Part shown: one piece after another, positions 23,631 through 37,774 of the stretch
How the letters are laid out: each line of letters starts with the position of its first letter
Position numbering within the stretch: position 1 is the stretch's first letter
NCBI GenBank assembly: GCA_001938485.1
Contig: MQRK01250859.1
Coordinates: 5,978-68,297 of the forward strand
DNA from: Girardia tigrina
Taxonomy: Eukaryota
Direction of reading: 5' to 3'
DNA length: 62,320 nucleotides
Notes under the pieces: model-generated
What the model saw: the letters and a program-made list of their open reading frames with translations, nothing else
Databases searched by the model: none
What the model was told of the DNA's origin: nothing
Translations under genes and position numbers: made by a program

Positions 23631-25604
23631 CATTAAATTTAAATTAAATTAATTTCGGACAATAAGAATTTAAGTATAAAAATTAATACTCTATAGCTTC
23701 GAAATACCAGTAAATCAAGCAAGAATCAATTTTCTCTACATTCTTGTGATAGTTTTCCAAGATACAATTGACTTCTTATTTTATTTCACTTTTCCCTTCT
23801 TTATCCCCGACTTGACTCCTGCTTCCAGTTCAACCACTTGATATGTCTAGAAACATCTATTTTTTTCTCAGCTATGATACATCTTCCATTATATGACTTT
23901 TGACTTTATGCACTACACCAATCGGAATCGAGTTCGAATTTTACCATATAATCCTTTTTCACTATAACCTACGCTACATTCTCCCTGGAAAGTTTCACTT
24001 TCCTTACCTCATCTCATTACGCAATTAATTTTCTCAAATAACTCGTATCCAATTTTATCCTACTTTTCCTCCTACTTGTCCTTACTGAGACTTTAAATAC
24101 GAACAAACTGGGCAATGATTTCGGCCCGCCACCTGGAATTCCTATTTCATAACTTCACTACACATATGGGGCTGTCATAGGTGTTGAGATTTGATTTCAA
24201 TTTCCCCATCGGCCTTGTGGGTATATGATAGTCGAGCGCTGCAACCAAACCAGTTAGGCGAAAATAGGTGGAAAAAAGGCATATACATTCCAACCTAACT
24301 TGAATTAGGGGATACTGGTATCGACAATATTTGACAAGTGACGATACTTACCTTTCTCTACGATTTCGCCAAGCAGCTTTAAAGGACTAGCAGTATGGAA
24401 CAAACACGGGAGTTACGGTTGGGAGACAGTGATCGTGAAGTTGACACATTAGTAGTGAGCGAGCTCCATCACCCTGACATATTAAAGACCGACTGGATCC
24501 CACCATACATATAGCATGTAAGGTGCGTGTCGGAGGTGATTTAACGGAACTAAGAGTTTTGAGAGAGTGAAAGCAAATGTCCGCTCCCATGTACAGAACG
24601 AGTCTTCGAGGGTTTTTAACGCCGGTGACTAGGAGATCGATCACCCTCATTGCAATGAAGACGGAATGGAGAGGCCCCATTGATTAACTGTTCGGCGAAA
24701 TTCTGTTTAATGGCTTATTTTCCTCTTTTTTGTTGCATATACATAAATAGGACTCCCCAGTACACAGATGGAATGTGAATATGTACCTTAAAGGTAAGGG
24801 AGAGTGTGTCAGAGTAATTATAGTGGTATGTTTAAATAATCGGAAAAAAGCGTGGAAATAGAGAATCTAAAAATTGTATTGCAATAAATCAAGTCTTCAA
24901 GCTGTTTTTGACTTTTATCTACAGTTTTATGGCTTGAATATTTATTTTACTTATAATAATAATAAAAATTATTTTAATAAAATTTATTATAATAAAATAA
25001 CGTCACATTTAAATAGCAATTTTAAAACTAATTAAATTATTTATTGAACTTTTATTTAATCAACAGAAAATAATATCCATTAAAATATATAAAATTTTCT
25101 ATAATGTATCAAACAAATTTATTTTCCTCTAATTTAAACAAATATATTAACAATTAAAAATTATATAAATATAATTTTAGTAATTATCTGTTTTCATTTA
25201 TCAATTGAATAAAGAAATAATATAATTAACATTGAAATAATTGTTACTTAAGAAAAGTTTATTTTTACTAAAAAGATTATTTTTCTTTTTTATAATTAAT
25301 AATGTTTTTTTCATATCTCATCGAATTACTTAAATCTATATTATTTTTTCATTAATTAAAATATAACTAAGCCGAAATCTTTGTTTTAAAGATTTTAAAT
25401 GAATTAATTTAAAGTTTTCCTTCAGATTCTTATACGTTTAGGAAATTGTAATTAATTTTAGTAAATTTTAAATTTTTGGACAAAATAAGCCAAATTTCTT
25501 TTCAAAAAATCATTTTCATTATTCTAATAGGATTCTAAAGGCATAAAACAAGAAATAAAAAAAATTATGAAAACGAAATTTATCCATTTTAAAATATATT
25601 TTAA

Positions 25605-25940
25605 GACAATATATTTCGACGGATCTACCGTCATCTTCACGTCACTAATTAATAATCAATTCACCTGTATATAAATACAAAAATGATGATTATGTATTCG
25701 ATTGCATGAAATCAAGCTAATCAAAAATTCTCAATAAGCTGGTTGAGACTGCCAATTGAACATTGATTTTAGGGCAACGTGACCTAATTAACAATGCTTC
25801 ACTCGACACTCTCACCCAATAACTGTCAAAATGCTTACACAGAATTTTGAAATTATCAATATTAACATCACATTTACATTTTTTCCTATGTTCTGCAATA
25901 TTACTCTTACTATCTTAAAATATTCCGACTGAGCGTATAT
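25605..25940 (-). mobile_element. Penelope-like GIY-YIG 3' fragment with hammerhead carrying C3G (25605-25643)
   Basis: SNIAEHRKKCKCDVNIDNFKILCKHFDSYWVRVSSEALLIRS. Minus strand GAC-GTGAAGA-T-GACGG-TAGAT-CCGTC-GAAA-TATA-TT-GTC. Confidence 0.85.
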
Positions 25941-27156
25941 GTGAAGAAAGTTGATAGCAATTGCAAATAAATGCATTACAAAATCGATTTTATCGCCATT
26001 GTTTTATTGTTATAGTTATTTTCACAATAGTTATTATTGTGTCAATAGTTCTTGTCACAATCCGACATATAATCAATCGACATAATACAACGTTAAAATC
26101 TATTTTTAACTCTCCTGGAAGTTCTGTCGCACTTTCTGATCCTCTATTCGAAAACACAAAATAGAGACTGCATTGCCCGCGTACTTTTACTTCCAGTCGC
26201 TTAACGATAGCACTCTACTCTAATCACAATAATTCATAATTCAATTTTTCCTTTTTTACTACAAATCACCACTTATTCTTGTAAGGTTCCAACTTTCTAC
26301 TTTTTTACCTGATCAGTACAAATCAATTTAATTCCCGAACAATGGAGGATTCGTTTTTTAATTTCTTTAGTCCATTACAATAATTTTTGGACCATTTCTT
26401 TTTAACCCATTCTTTAGAGAAATATTGAATAACGGCTGGTTCATTTTCTTTCTGCTTATGAACAAATAATTATGATGCCTTGTCAAAAAGGTTTTCGTTT
26501 TACTTAGTTGTAATTGTTGTATATCGTTCAATGTTTCAGAACATTTTTTACCTTTAACAAGTTTTTCTTCTCTTTTATCGGATTATTTTTTATGTGATTC
26601 CAACATGTAAATATTTATGCATTGTTATCAAAAACCTTTTGAAATATGTTACAAATGCTTTTAGCGGCGTCTGAAGGAAGCATATAAGGACTTTAAGTTA
26701 TAGGTCAAAGATTTTCCAATCAAATCCTATAGACTTTGAAAAGTAAATACAAAATCTCCTTCTTTCTGTGATTAAGATACAGAAATTTTAAAACCATGAA
26801 AATTTATGTGTTTATCTATAGTTCCAAGTATAGCAAAATGTATATTTTGTATCTTTTGCAATTTATTTAGTATCAATTCTAAAATTAATTATTAGCATTT
26901 TAATTTATTTTTATTGACTTTAAATAGCACCAGGTTAAAATTTACGTCTAAATGATTAGGATCAATGTAACAGGACAATAGTAAATCATTTGTTCATTGA
27001 ATAATTAAGGTTGATATTGGACTTTTTTTGTAAAAACAGTCACTATGATGATAAAAAAACCAGGAAAAAATAATTGTGATTTATTAAAAAATTATAAGAA
27101 TGACAAAAGGTTTTGAATAAGACTTTAAATAAATAAACAGAATTGTTGAATTTATA

Positions 27157-28198
27157 AAGGGTGGGCCAAAAGTAACTACACAATTTATTTAACGTATAGT
27201 TTCTTTTCCTTTTATTAAATTTAACAAACAATAAAACAAAAATAAACTTTAAAAGTTATATTTTATTAATTTATCTTTTAAAGATTACTTTATTTAGGTG
27301 TTTTCCATTTCCCGATTGACAAATTCTACATCTTTCTATGGCAGTTACCATTACCCTGTTTAAAACTGATGGCTTAATCGATCTTATTTCCTCGGTTATA
27401 ATTTTCTTTAGATCTGAATTGAACTTGGGTTTCTTCTGTATACACAGTCTTTTAGATAACCCCATAAGAAGAAATCAGGTGCGTTAAGATATGGAGATCT
27501 TTGAAGCCACTCAATGTTACCACGTCTTGAAATAATTCTGTCACCAAACTTATCTCTTAGCAAATTCATAGTCTCATTTGCAGTGTGATATGTGGCCCCG
27601 TCCTGTTGGAACCACATATCTGGTTTATTTTCGATGAATGGTAAAACAATCTCTCTGATTATTTGACGATATCTTATTCCATTCACATTGATTTGGTGAC
27701 CATCAGTATCTTCGAAAAAATAAGGCACAATTATTGCTTCAGAAGTAATACCGAACCACACTGTGCATTTTTGGGGATTTGAGGTTCGTTCAATAACCTC
27801 CATGCGATTTTCTGAACCCCAGAACCTCCAATTTTGCTTATTTATATACCCGTCCATCCAAAAGTGAACCTTATCAGTCATTATCATTTTGTCAAATCTT
27901 GGCAAATCTACCACACATCCAGAAGTCAAAAATTTATTTGTAAATATTTAAAATTGTTCTTCTCTCTGGAACATTTTTAGTTTTATAACGCTTTTGAAAT
28001 TCGCACTGAACAGAAATAATTGATTTATTGAATTTTATTGAAGATTCGATCATAAATATTCTTTGCTCCGTTGTATATCTTGGCATGATAAAAAATCAAG
28101 GCCCGTGGAATAAAATAATTTTAAAAATTTTAAACAAAAGTAAACCTGAAAAAAATTTTAAACAGAGTAAATTGTGTAGTTACTTTTGGCCCACCCTT
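27157..28198 (-). mobile_element. DD41D (rosa/Visitor) Tc1/mariner element, internally deleted
   Basis: Perfect TIRs AAGGGTGGGCCAAAAGTAACTACACAATTTA with TA TSD. WFQQDGAT..SPYLNAPDFFLWGYLK has 41 residues between the second and third Asp. Confidence 0.93.
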
Positions 28199-28204
28199 TA
28201 GAAG

Positions 28205-28420
28205 CGAAAGTTCTGATTGTACAGTCATAAGGTGGTTATATCTTGTATGACTCACTGTTTGGTGGAATATCCTGTAAATGATTTTTTTGAAACATAGCCG
28301 TTGAGCCGTGGGTGTACCCAATTATGCATATGCCATTTTGGATTGGTTTTCGCAATTTTTTAGTGTCAGTACGTAATTCCGCTGGTGGCGGCTATCTCCT
28401 CTCCAGGAAATGATACAAGT
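28205..28420 (-). mobile_element. Fragment of an RTE-like LINE 5' region
   Basis: Reverse complement shares CCTGGAGAGGAGAT..CGCCACCA..CCCACGGC.CAA.GGCTATG with 58385-58600. RTE assignment is inferred. Confidence 0.5.
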
Positions 28421-29569
28421 GGTAATAATATTGAAATAAAAGGCATAAGCGTACTTTTCATGAGGATTAAAAATATGAAGTGAGTTTTTGAGGGAGTAAG
28501 AATTTCACAGTAACTTTAAAGTTCATTCTTTTGAAAATCCCTTAATTTTTATTATTATTAACTTTTTAAATTTTTAAAATATAATTCCTTTTAGAATACG
28601 TACCTTAAAATTTATATTTATCAGATTTCGTCGATCAATTTTCAATTCAATTTAAATAAAATATTTATTACAATTATAAAAAAAAGATGCAAATAAAATA
28701 AATTAAAATTTATAAAACTAAGAATTTTTGTCAAATAAACTAATGAAAAATTCATTTCTGATAGAATTAGAATTATTCTTCTTAACTTTAATCTTAATTC
28801 TTCAAAGGATTTTCGTTGTCATTAGTATTATTAATTTTTCTAACTGTTATTAATCGTTTTATTCTTATTTTGATTGAATAGAGTAACATTTGTTTTTGAT
28901 TAAAATACCTTTTGAAAATTAAGATTCAAAGAAAATCTAGACAAACAAATTCAAATGAATTAATCTTAAAAGAAATTCAATCTTAACCTTCTCATTGATA
29001 GAAAAATAAAATAAAATACTGAAGAACACTCAGTCAAAATTATCTTTTTTGATTACTTTTCTTTTTCACAAACAACTGAGTCGGAAAACTACTTTCCTCT
29101 AGAGATGCTCAAGCCACAATCAACTAGTTATTCATGCATTAGCAATGGGAAAATACATATTCTTTACTGGAACTTATGTTTTGCTGAATGATCATTACAT
29201 TCAAGCAGCGGATTACCGGGAAGAAAAACGATGAGTATATTGATAAAGTTATTTTATGAAAATTAAAAGGATTAATTAATTTGATGAAAGAAGAATTGTC
29301 AACAAAAATTTATTTCTATAGGCAAATTGTTTAGATAAAATAAAAATGATTAAAAAAAGACATAAATAGGTAGCTATGAGCCTTTTACAACATTAAAATA
29401 TAATTATCAATTTAAATTTGGTATCGACATCATGTAACAAGTGTTCCTTTAAGGTATTTAACATTTAAAATATATAAATAAAGTTATTGTCAACAGTTGT
29501 TTTGAATAACGGGACAAATAATCTTTGAACCGTTTATTTCATTTAACTGAAATAAACAAATAAAGGGAC

Positions 29570-31515
29570 ATTATAAAAAATAGAATTTTTTGCTTAAATA
29601 TAAAGCATAAATTTTTTATTGACGAAGATATAAGAAATAATTTTTTTTAAATATATTATTATACCAAGAAAAAAGGTTTTTGATTATAATTATGCCGGTG
29701 AGTTTTTTTGTAATGAATCATTTATTTAATAAATTGATAATGATTTTAGTCCTTTAATATGCAACCAGCAACTTTAGCCGTGGCCAACAGTAAAGCTATG
29801 AAGTTAGCATCCGGGTTTCCTTAAAATACCCGTCAATACAGGAATTCATGGATATCTTCTCTACATCTGCTGATCTTAAGAACATTAGTTATAAAGTGCT
29901 GCAGCGAAATAAAAAATATGTTAAGCTTGGATATTGTGATGAAAATTGCAGATTTAATATCAATACTCATATAAAGAATAGTACAAATGCAAGCATTATT
30001 ACAAAAATTAATATGGTTCACTCATGCGAAAGAGGAGCTATAGATTGCAAGCCTCTAAATGGTATGGTAACATCAGAACTTTCTAGGCTTGACCTGACAA
30101 CTACGAAGCCAACTGATCTTGTTTAGCACATTAGGAGGAAAAATGGAGAAAGACTCAGTTGTATTACTGCATATAAGGCAATTAATACTGCTAAAATCGG
30201 AAACAGGACGCTATTGACAGATTCATACAGCTATTTAAACTCTTTGATATCTAGTTTTGATCAAGATTCGATTCAAAGTGCCTAGAAGTTTATAATGGGA
30301 ATCTTAAGAGGTTCTACATGAGTCTGAAATCAACTTAGGAATTTTTAGCAAAAATAGGAAGATTATTAATGTTGATGGAACCTTTCTCTCAGGCCCCAAC
30401 AATGGTATTCTGATGGAAACTGCATCACAGGATGGAAGAAATCAGCTGGTGCTACTTGAATTTGCAGTTTTGGAATCAGAGAAGGCAGAAAACTGGAAGT
30501 TTTTTCTTTTCTAACCTGGAATCCTCATTCAACATTCATAATGATAAAACAATAATAATTTCAGTTAGAGACCTCAGATTACTTGCAGCAGAGAATATTG
30601 TAGTTTCATTAGCTGTTAAATGTAACTGTATACGACATATATTAAAGAATCTAAAAAGTAAATTTAGAGGTCAAGTGACAATAGGCAAGTTTTGGACTGC
30701 TGCTTATACATATGTCAAAAGTGTTTTCGAGAATATCATGAACGAAATCAGCCACAATAAACCGGATTTTTACAATATGCTGATTTTATACCCTTTTAGC
30801 ACTAGGGCAAATTCAAAGTGCTCCCTTCAAATATATGGTCAGAACACATCAAATCCTGCAGAATCTATGAATTCTGCACTAAAAAAGTTTGTCACAAAAG
30901 ATATTTGCAATTTAACTGTTTCAATCAATAATTATAACATGGAAGTTTTCACTACCAGAAGAAATGAAGTTCTTAATGTTTATATTTTTAATAATCAAAC
31001 AAAAAGATTAGATGCAATATTGTAATATGTCGATTCTTTTCTGTTGAACAGTCAAGCAATGATATATTTTTAGTTAATCGTCTGTATATTACAGATTTTA
31101 ATTTGAAGACATGTTCTTGTAAAAAAATGTTTGAGTTTGGCATTCCCTGCAACCATTAATGTGCTGTGATTCTATTTTTGAGGCAAGATCGGATGATGTT
31201 CACTAAATAATTCTTTATAGGAAGTAACTGTTCAAGATCTTATGCAGAGCCAATAGTTCCACTATCATCGAATCGTTCAACCAAAAGCGGTGTTTTTTCG
31301 CCCTTAGCTAGAAGAGCTAGAGGAAAGACTAAGAATAGCTAGATCCAGAGCAGCTGCTCAGAATTAAAAATCATTAATTCTCTAATATTCTGTTATAATA
31401 TTAATTTTGTTTTATATTTACGTCAATAAAAATTCTGTTTTATATTTCAGCAAAAAAAATTCTATGCATTATAATTACGCAAACTAAATTCTATTTTTTA
31501 TGTTTAAGCAAAAAT
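29570..31515 (+). mobile_element. Degenerate MULE/MuDR transposon with SWIM finger
   Basis: VDGTFLSG..QDGRNQL..FAVLESEKAENWKFFL, NTSNPAESMNS and CSCK..GIPCNH. Imperfect AT-rich inverted repeats at about 29575-29640 and 31405-31470. Confidence 0.88.
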
Positions 31516-31544
31516 AATTATAATTAAGAACGCCATTAAAATCA

Positions 31545-32100
31545 AATTTTATTGCAATATATTTCAGTGGATTTTCCACCATCTTCATGGTGAATTAACA
31601 ACAATTTCGCTGTCTTATATATAGCAAATTGATGATTATGCAAACATCTTGCGTAATAACTAATTAAATATTTTCAACAAATTGGAAGATTGACTTGTAT
31701 GTAGATTAATGGACGGATTAAGTGATTTAATCAATAATGCCTCACAAGTAACTCTTTCCCAATAATTTTTGAAATTACTGCACAATATTTTAAAATTAGT
31801 TGTTTTCACCTCCGACTTACAACCCTTCATATGTCCAGCAATATTACTCCCATTACCCAATCGTCTATGCTCCTTAATCCGTTTACAGAGATGACGAGAC
31901 GTCTCTCCAATGTATGTAGCGTTGCACCCATTACACGAAAATTCATAAACCAGATTGGAACATAAACTCAAAGGAGTACGAGATTTATTGCTGAACATAC
32001 TTAGAATTTTGTAAGATTTAGAAATGATTTTTAAACAGAATGACATCACATTCGTCGTATGCATTTTCCTTGGATGACTCGATTTTTTAAGCAATGATAA
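31545..32100 (-). mobile_element. Penelope-like GIY-YIG 3' fragment with degenerate hammerhead (C3A, about 31553-31590)
   Basis: ORF 31660-32094 contains LVYEFSCNGCNATYIGETSRHL. Minus strand ATGAAGA-T-GGTGG-AAAAT-CCACT-GAAA-TATA-TT. Confidence 0.9.
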
Positions 32101-32786
32101 ATTTAATTATTTTTAATCAACTTGATAATCAGTTTATAACAATATTACCCAGTATTTTTTCATTTTCGAGAAATCTTTGAAACATTATTACAAGATATTC
32201 ATCATAAGTTACGTAAAGGTTTTAAGGGTTTTGCGAATATTTTTCTTTAGTTTGTTTATAATATAATCTTAATCATGACATTATGAAACTAAACAATGGT
32301 ATGTATTTAATTTTTTATGCTTATAATACTAGGAATAATATGTTAATAATACTAATGTTATTAGCAAAAACATCAAGGACGAGAATGTGAATATTGTTAG
32401 ACCATGGTTTCACATGGTTACTGCTTAATGTTTATGTACTGAACCCACTTTCATCGCCAGGGATAATATTTTCCCTGGCGAGTCAACTGTTGGATTAAAT
32501 GAGAGAAGAAAAAGGGCCAACTTTGTTTTGCTTTTTCAACAAAAATCATGAAGATTATGCGGAATTCACTGGTCATTCTTGGACCCCTCCCCTATAATAC
32601 GCAAATAGGCGATGACTGTCGACTGAGTCAAGTTCATTATGATGGAAATTTCAAGAATGTATAGTGTGGCTCATCTTTAAGCTTGTTGGTATATCTTTGA
32701 TTGGTGGTTGTTTCTATTATATTTTATCTTCATATAAGTAGATATATTCGGAAATTTAGAAAATCTCTTGAAATGTGTAAAACATA

Positions 32787-34068
32787 CGTGGTTGACGCAT
32801 TAATTACCCGGAATGGATAGAAAGCATTAAATATAATTTAGTGAATTTTTTTGTGATTAAACTATAATATCTATAGGTAATGAAAATGCAATTTGTTTTA
32901 TTCCATCATTGTGTTTACATGTTTTACAGGCACGGAAACAAAATTTAGCATATTTCGTCATTTTTCCAAATGAATCATGTTGAGTATCGCAGTGTGATTA
33001 AATTTATTTAGCTACGAAGGGTAGACAGCCAGGAAATTATCAAGCAATTAAGGGATGTTTATCGGATAAATTGTCCCTCTAAAACGACAATTTATGATTG
33101 GATAGCCCAGTTTAAACGTGGAAGGACAACTGTTTTGATGAAGAGATACCAGGACGACCAGTGGAAATTGATCAAGACAAATTAGAGAAACATTGCGAGC
33201 GAATCATCAAAACAGAGAGAAAAGTTACAGTAAAGCCGCTTGGAGCTAGCCTGAACACTAGTGAAGGGAAAGTACGAGAGGTGTTGAAATCCCTTGGAAT
33301 AAGGAAGCTGGCATCTCGCTTTGTGCCACGATTTCTATAGGGAGAGATGTGCGTGGAACGTTTACAGGGTTCTCAACAAAACCTGGATTTGAGGCAAGAA
33401 CATGGACAATGATATCTATCTAACATTGTCACTGTAGATGTACCCAAGAGAATCTTCAGAATGGCACCTTCTAAATGAAAAACCAGCACTGAAAATGTGG
33501 TCCGGGACAAGCCATCGGCTATGTCTTATGCTGACTGAATTTTGTGACGGTGATGGTGTCATAAAACTGGATTTCGCTGACAAAACAGTGAAACTGAATA
33601 GCGTCTACTATGTCTCACTCGTTGCTGAGACTAGATCACTGCGTAGGAAGCCTAGAGGCTCACCACTGTGGCTATTGCAAGACAAAGCACCAATTCACAA
33701 AAGTGTCTTTTCCACAGCGGCTATTGATGATGCAGGTTTCAACCTCGTCCCTCATCCTCCATACAGTCCTGACCTGGCACCAAATGTATTTTGGTTATTC
33801 TGGCACCTGAAGAAGGCGATTCGTAGTAAAAACTTTAAATCTCATGAAGAAGTGAGGGTGCAGTTATGAATTTCTTTGCTGAATGTGACTCAAACTTCTT
33901 CAAAGATGCCTTTTCGGAATTAGTGGTACGCTAGGAGAAGTGCGTCGCCAATAATGGTTCTTACATTGAGAAGTAAACCTTTACATGTTTGTTATCCCTT
34001 GTAGAATATATGAAATGCCTGTGATTTTCCTTGTATAATTAGTCCGGGGACTTAATGCTTCAACCACG
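32787..34068 (+). mobile_element. Full-length degenerate mariner (irritans-like)
   Basis: TIRs CGTGGTTGACGCATTAA / TTAATGCTTCAACCACG with TA TSD. MNHVEYRSVIKF start and LLQDKAPIH..HPPYSPDLAP; contains stops and frameshifts. Confidence 0.93.
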
Positions 34069-35084
34069 TATCTGGTCCTTTGGTTGTGAGTCTAATTGTT
34101 GTTGCACTCGCAATTTAAGTAAATCAACCTGTTTTCGTTTTCTTTTATCGTTTTAATTAAAAATACAAAAGTTTTTTAATACATTTACTTAGATTACAAA
34201 ATAATTTCAGAGACTTAAAATTATAAACACAATAATAATAAAAATATTTATTATCAGTGGGATATTGGCTGGGCTATGGTTGGCCTCTGAGTCTCTTTAC
34301 CTTTTTTTACAGATTTTTCGTTTCCAAAATTGCTACACATCCGTGTTTAGTACATGCGTATACGGAATGGAAGAAATAATCAACATAACACAAACAACAT
34401 GAAATAATATATATTGAAGATGCTTCAGCAACAAGTAAAAGCTTTTTTGATTTTCATTCAATAATTTTATTATTAAATTATATATGGAAGAGTTAAAATC
34501 CAAAAATGACCAAAGAGATTTTTTGCTGATTTTAATAATTAAATTCAAAGTTTTCTATATTATTTTTATTATGGATTTCGTAATATTTTATTTATATTTT
34601 AGTTATTATATAAAAGATATTTTCAAAAAAATAAAAAATTATGAAAACTTCAATACAACATTTTTGAATATGATAATAAATATTTTTAATGCAAATAAAT
34701 ATACATGTATAACTAATTATATCATTTGTCTAATTAGAAATATTATACGTAATAGTTGTGTAATATTAATTTTTTAGGATTAAAACTATAAGAAATATTT
34801 ATTTTCCATACATCCCGCTAATCTCCTTTCGTTTGTTCGCGCTAAACATTAAACATCCTCAATAACCATCAATTTCATATTTAATCCCTTAAGAATCTCA
34901 TTTAAATATTAATGAAAAATTAGGATAATATATTATACTTTAATTTAAATAATGTGTAATATATATAATAGCAAAAATTATTATTAAGTTTTATTTCAAA
35001 CGTTTTTATTTACTTTTCCTATAAACATTTTCCCAAAATCCACTTCTTTCTGCTATTGTAATTCTAAAAAATAATGAAAAAAAT

Positions 35085-35736
35085 GGTACCCCGAAAAATG
35101 AGCGTACGCAAAATGCGCTAAAATAAATTTAACAAATGTTTTTGAAAATATATTGATTTGATATTATTAATTCGTCAATATAAAAAAATATAAATATAAT
35201 AATTTAGACAAACGCGCTAAAACAAATTTAATAAAATTTAGTTCAATTAACATTTTTCTTTATAATTTTACGTTTTCGTCGTTACGCTTTTTACGTATAC
35301 TTATTTCAAATATAGGTATATTTGATTTGATTTTTCCCAATTCATTCTTAGAATTGTCTGGAGCATGCATTTGATCAGTAATGTTCAGCAATTTCTCATT
35401 AGTTTCTTTACGCAGTCTTCCATCACACTCTCATTGGACATATCTCCATGAAGATGATTCATCTTTTCGCTTTTCACAACGACATCTGAACATTCGTAAA
35501 GCACTTGGTCCTTTTCTTTCAGTGACTTAATGATATTCATAATATTCAGAGTTAATTTGTTTGTTTGTAGTTATTCCAATTCTAATTTTCTATTTATAAA
35601 TTTATACGTTTTTTAAATTTATTTTTCAAAAATATTTTGAATAATAACAAATTAGTAATATAAAATCAACATATTTTCAAAGAAAATTAAATTTATTTTA
35701 GTTCATTCACTGGTGAGCGCATTTGTCGGGTCAGGG
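35085..35736 (-). mobile_element. Non-autonomous MULE-type element with FLYWCH-like relic
   Basis: Imperfect termini CCCGAAAAATGAGCG..CTAAAATAAATTT and AAATTTATTTTAG..GAGCGCATTTGTCGGG. Minus strand encodes MNIIKSLKEKDQVLYE..SSWRYV..CDGRL..HAPD. Confidence 0.65.
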
Positions 35737-37774
35737 AAAAATATCATAAAAAATCTTATCATTAAACTAAATTGTTACAAATCTTTTTTTACAATAGTTA
35801 CTATTATTTTTAGTACTAGATGATGAAGATTTAGAAGATTGTGAGATATAGAATAGGTAGACAGGAAAAATGCTGGTCATGCTTGACATGAGTGTTATCA
35901 TCAAAATATCACTTTTCATTACCAGGTTTTATTTTCATCCGTTTCTACCACAACATTCTGCTCTTATGGATAATATATTTTTTCTACGATCATAGAGATT
36001 TGAGAAAGCAGTTAGGTTATGTTTATCGGATATTTATTGATGTATTCCTGTGACATAATGAATATTACGGGTGATACACATGAATTTAATCAAACCAAGT
36101 TTATGCTTTATTAAGTTCTAATGGGCAATAAAGTCGAAATAGATTACTGAATGTGAAGGACTCATGTGAAAAGTTCATCCTTTAAATTTTTGAATAAATA
36201 ATTTTTTATAAATAATATTTGAAATAAGTAAATATTTAAAATCAAAACTTTTCTAAACTTTTCTAAACTAAAATCAAACGTTTTTCTAATAATGTAAAAA
36301 ATATCGTAATTAATTTTAAAAAGTTATTTTCGAGAATAATCGAATTTTATTTGTAGTGTAAAAAAACTTAAAATGAACTTATTTGGGAAATAATGGATTT
36401 TAAAATAGGTTGTAATAATTTTAAAAGTTATTTTAAATAGTTTTGTAAAAAAATTTAATTAAGACTTTTATCATTAACGTATCATAAAAATAATAAAATT
36501 TGTAAATATTGAAAAAAATAAAACGTTAAAATCTTTATTAATTAGAAATGTTTCAAAAAAAGAGAAATAACCTTAAACTAATTCTAAAATAATAAAATAT
36601 CATTATGGTTAATTTAGTAAAAAATGACTACAAAATTTAGTTTGTTTTTTAATTTAAAAATAAGGAATGTAAATTTTCAAATAAATAGAATTAAAAATTT
36701 TCAATTTTAAAATAACTTATCGGTTATTTATATTTATAATTTCATAATTTTATATAAGAATCTGGTCATAAAGAAAACGATAGAAAAGTTCCTCTACAAA
36801 AATTTTTATTAAAAACAAAAATTTTTATTACAACAAAAATTGTTAATTAAAAATTGTTTGAATAATTGTTAATTGTGTTATTAATAAATTTTCGGTGTTA
36901 TGAATTCTAATATTGATCAAGAACCCAACACAGAAAGTATATCGAAAATTTACTCTTGTAATCAGCATCTGTTTTATTATCAATGGAATGGGATGTGGAG
37001 CTTCAGGCGGAATCATAAACTTTTCTTTTTTTTCCTAATAAATTTAAAGATGCTGAATGATTTTGTCAAAAATTATTATTTAAATTCTATGTGATGTGAT
37101 ATTATTTTATTTCCTATTCTACAACTTATTAACTACTGAGTAAACATAGATATTTGTGGCCATGTAATGAAATAAAGTTTTATTGTTAATTCTTCTTTCT
37201 TTTCGTTGAGATTACATTGTATTTTAAAAAAAGAAATTTCGGAAAGAAAAATTTTTTAAGATATGAATTTAATATACTCTTTTTTATAATTGTAGAATAC
37301 GGATTTATATTACAATTGGATTAGGAGAATAGGAATAAGCAAAGACATCTTTGCCAAGTGACAAAAAGAAATTGTCTCGAATTAATTAATAGAAAATGCG
37401 ACAAATTAATATAATTTCCAGTTAATATATTAAGACTTGGGAAAAAATTATTGTTTTAGTTATAATTTTCCCATAATAAATTTGGATTTAAATGAGAAAA
37501 GGGAAATGGAAAACTAAAATTATGATAGCAAATAAATACTTAAACGATTGTAATGGACTCAAACAGTCACTTTGGCAATAAATCAGTCTTATTCTAATAT
37601 AAAAATTCCTCTATAAATAATTAGTTTTTATTTTTTTAATTTAATATTAATAAAGGCAATTAATTTGTAGAATATATATATTTTAACCTCAACTATTATA
37701 TTTCGTATAATATTATATTAATAAAGAACAGAAAATTAGCTAATTTTGAAAATTTGTGCCGTTTATTTTGAAAG

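Noticed and set aside
26160-26800. Possible further retroelement coding relic
   Set aside because: No diagnostic motif could be read.
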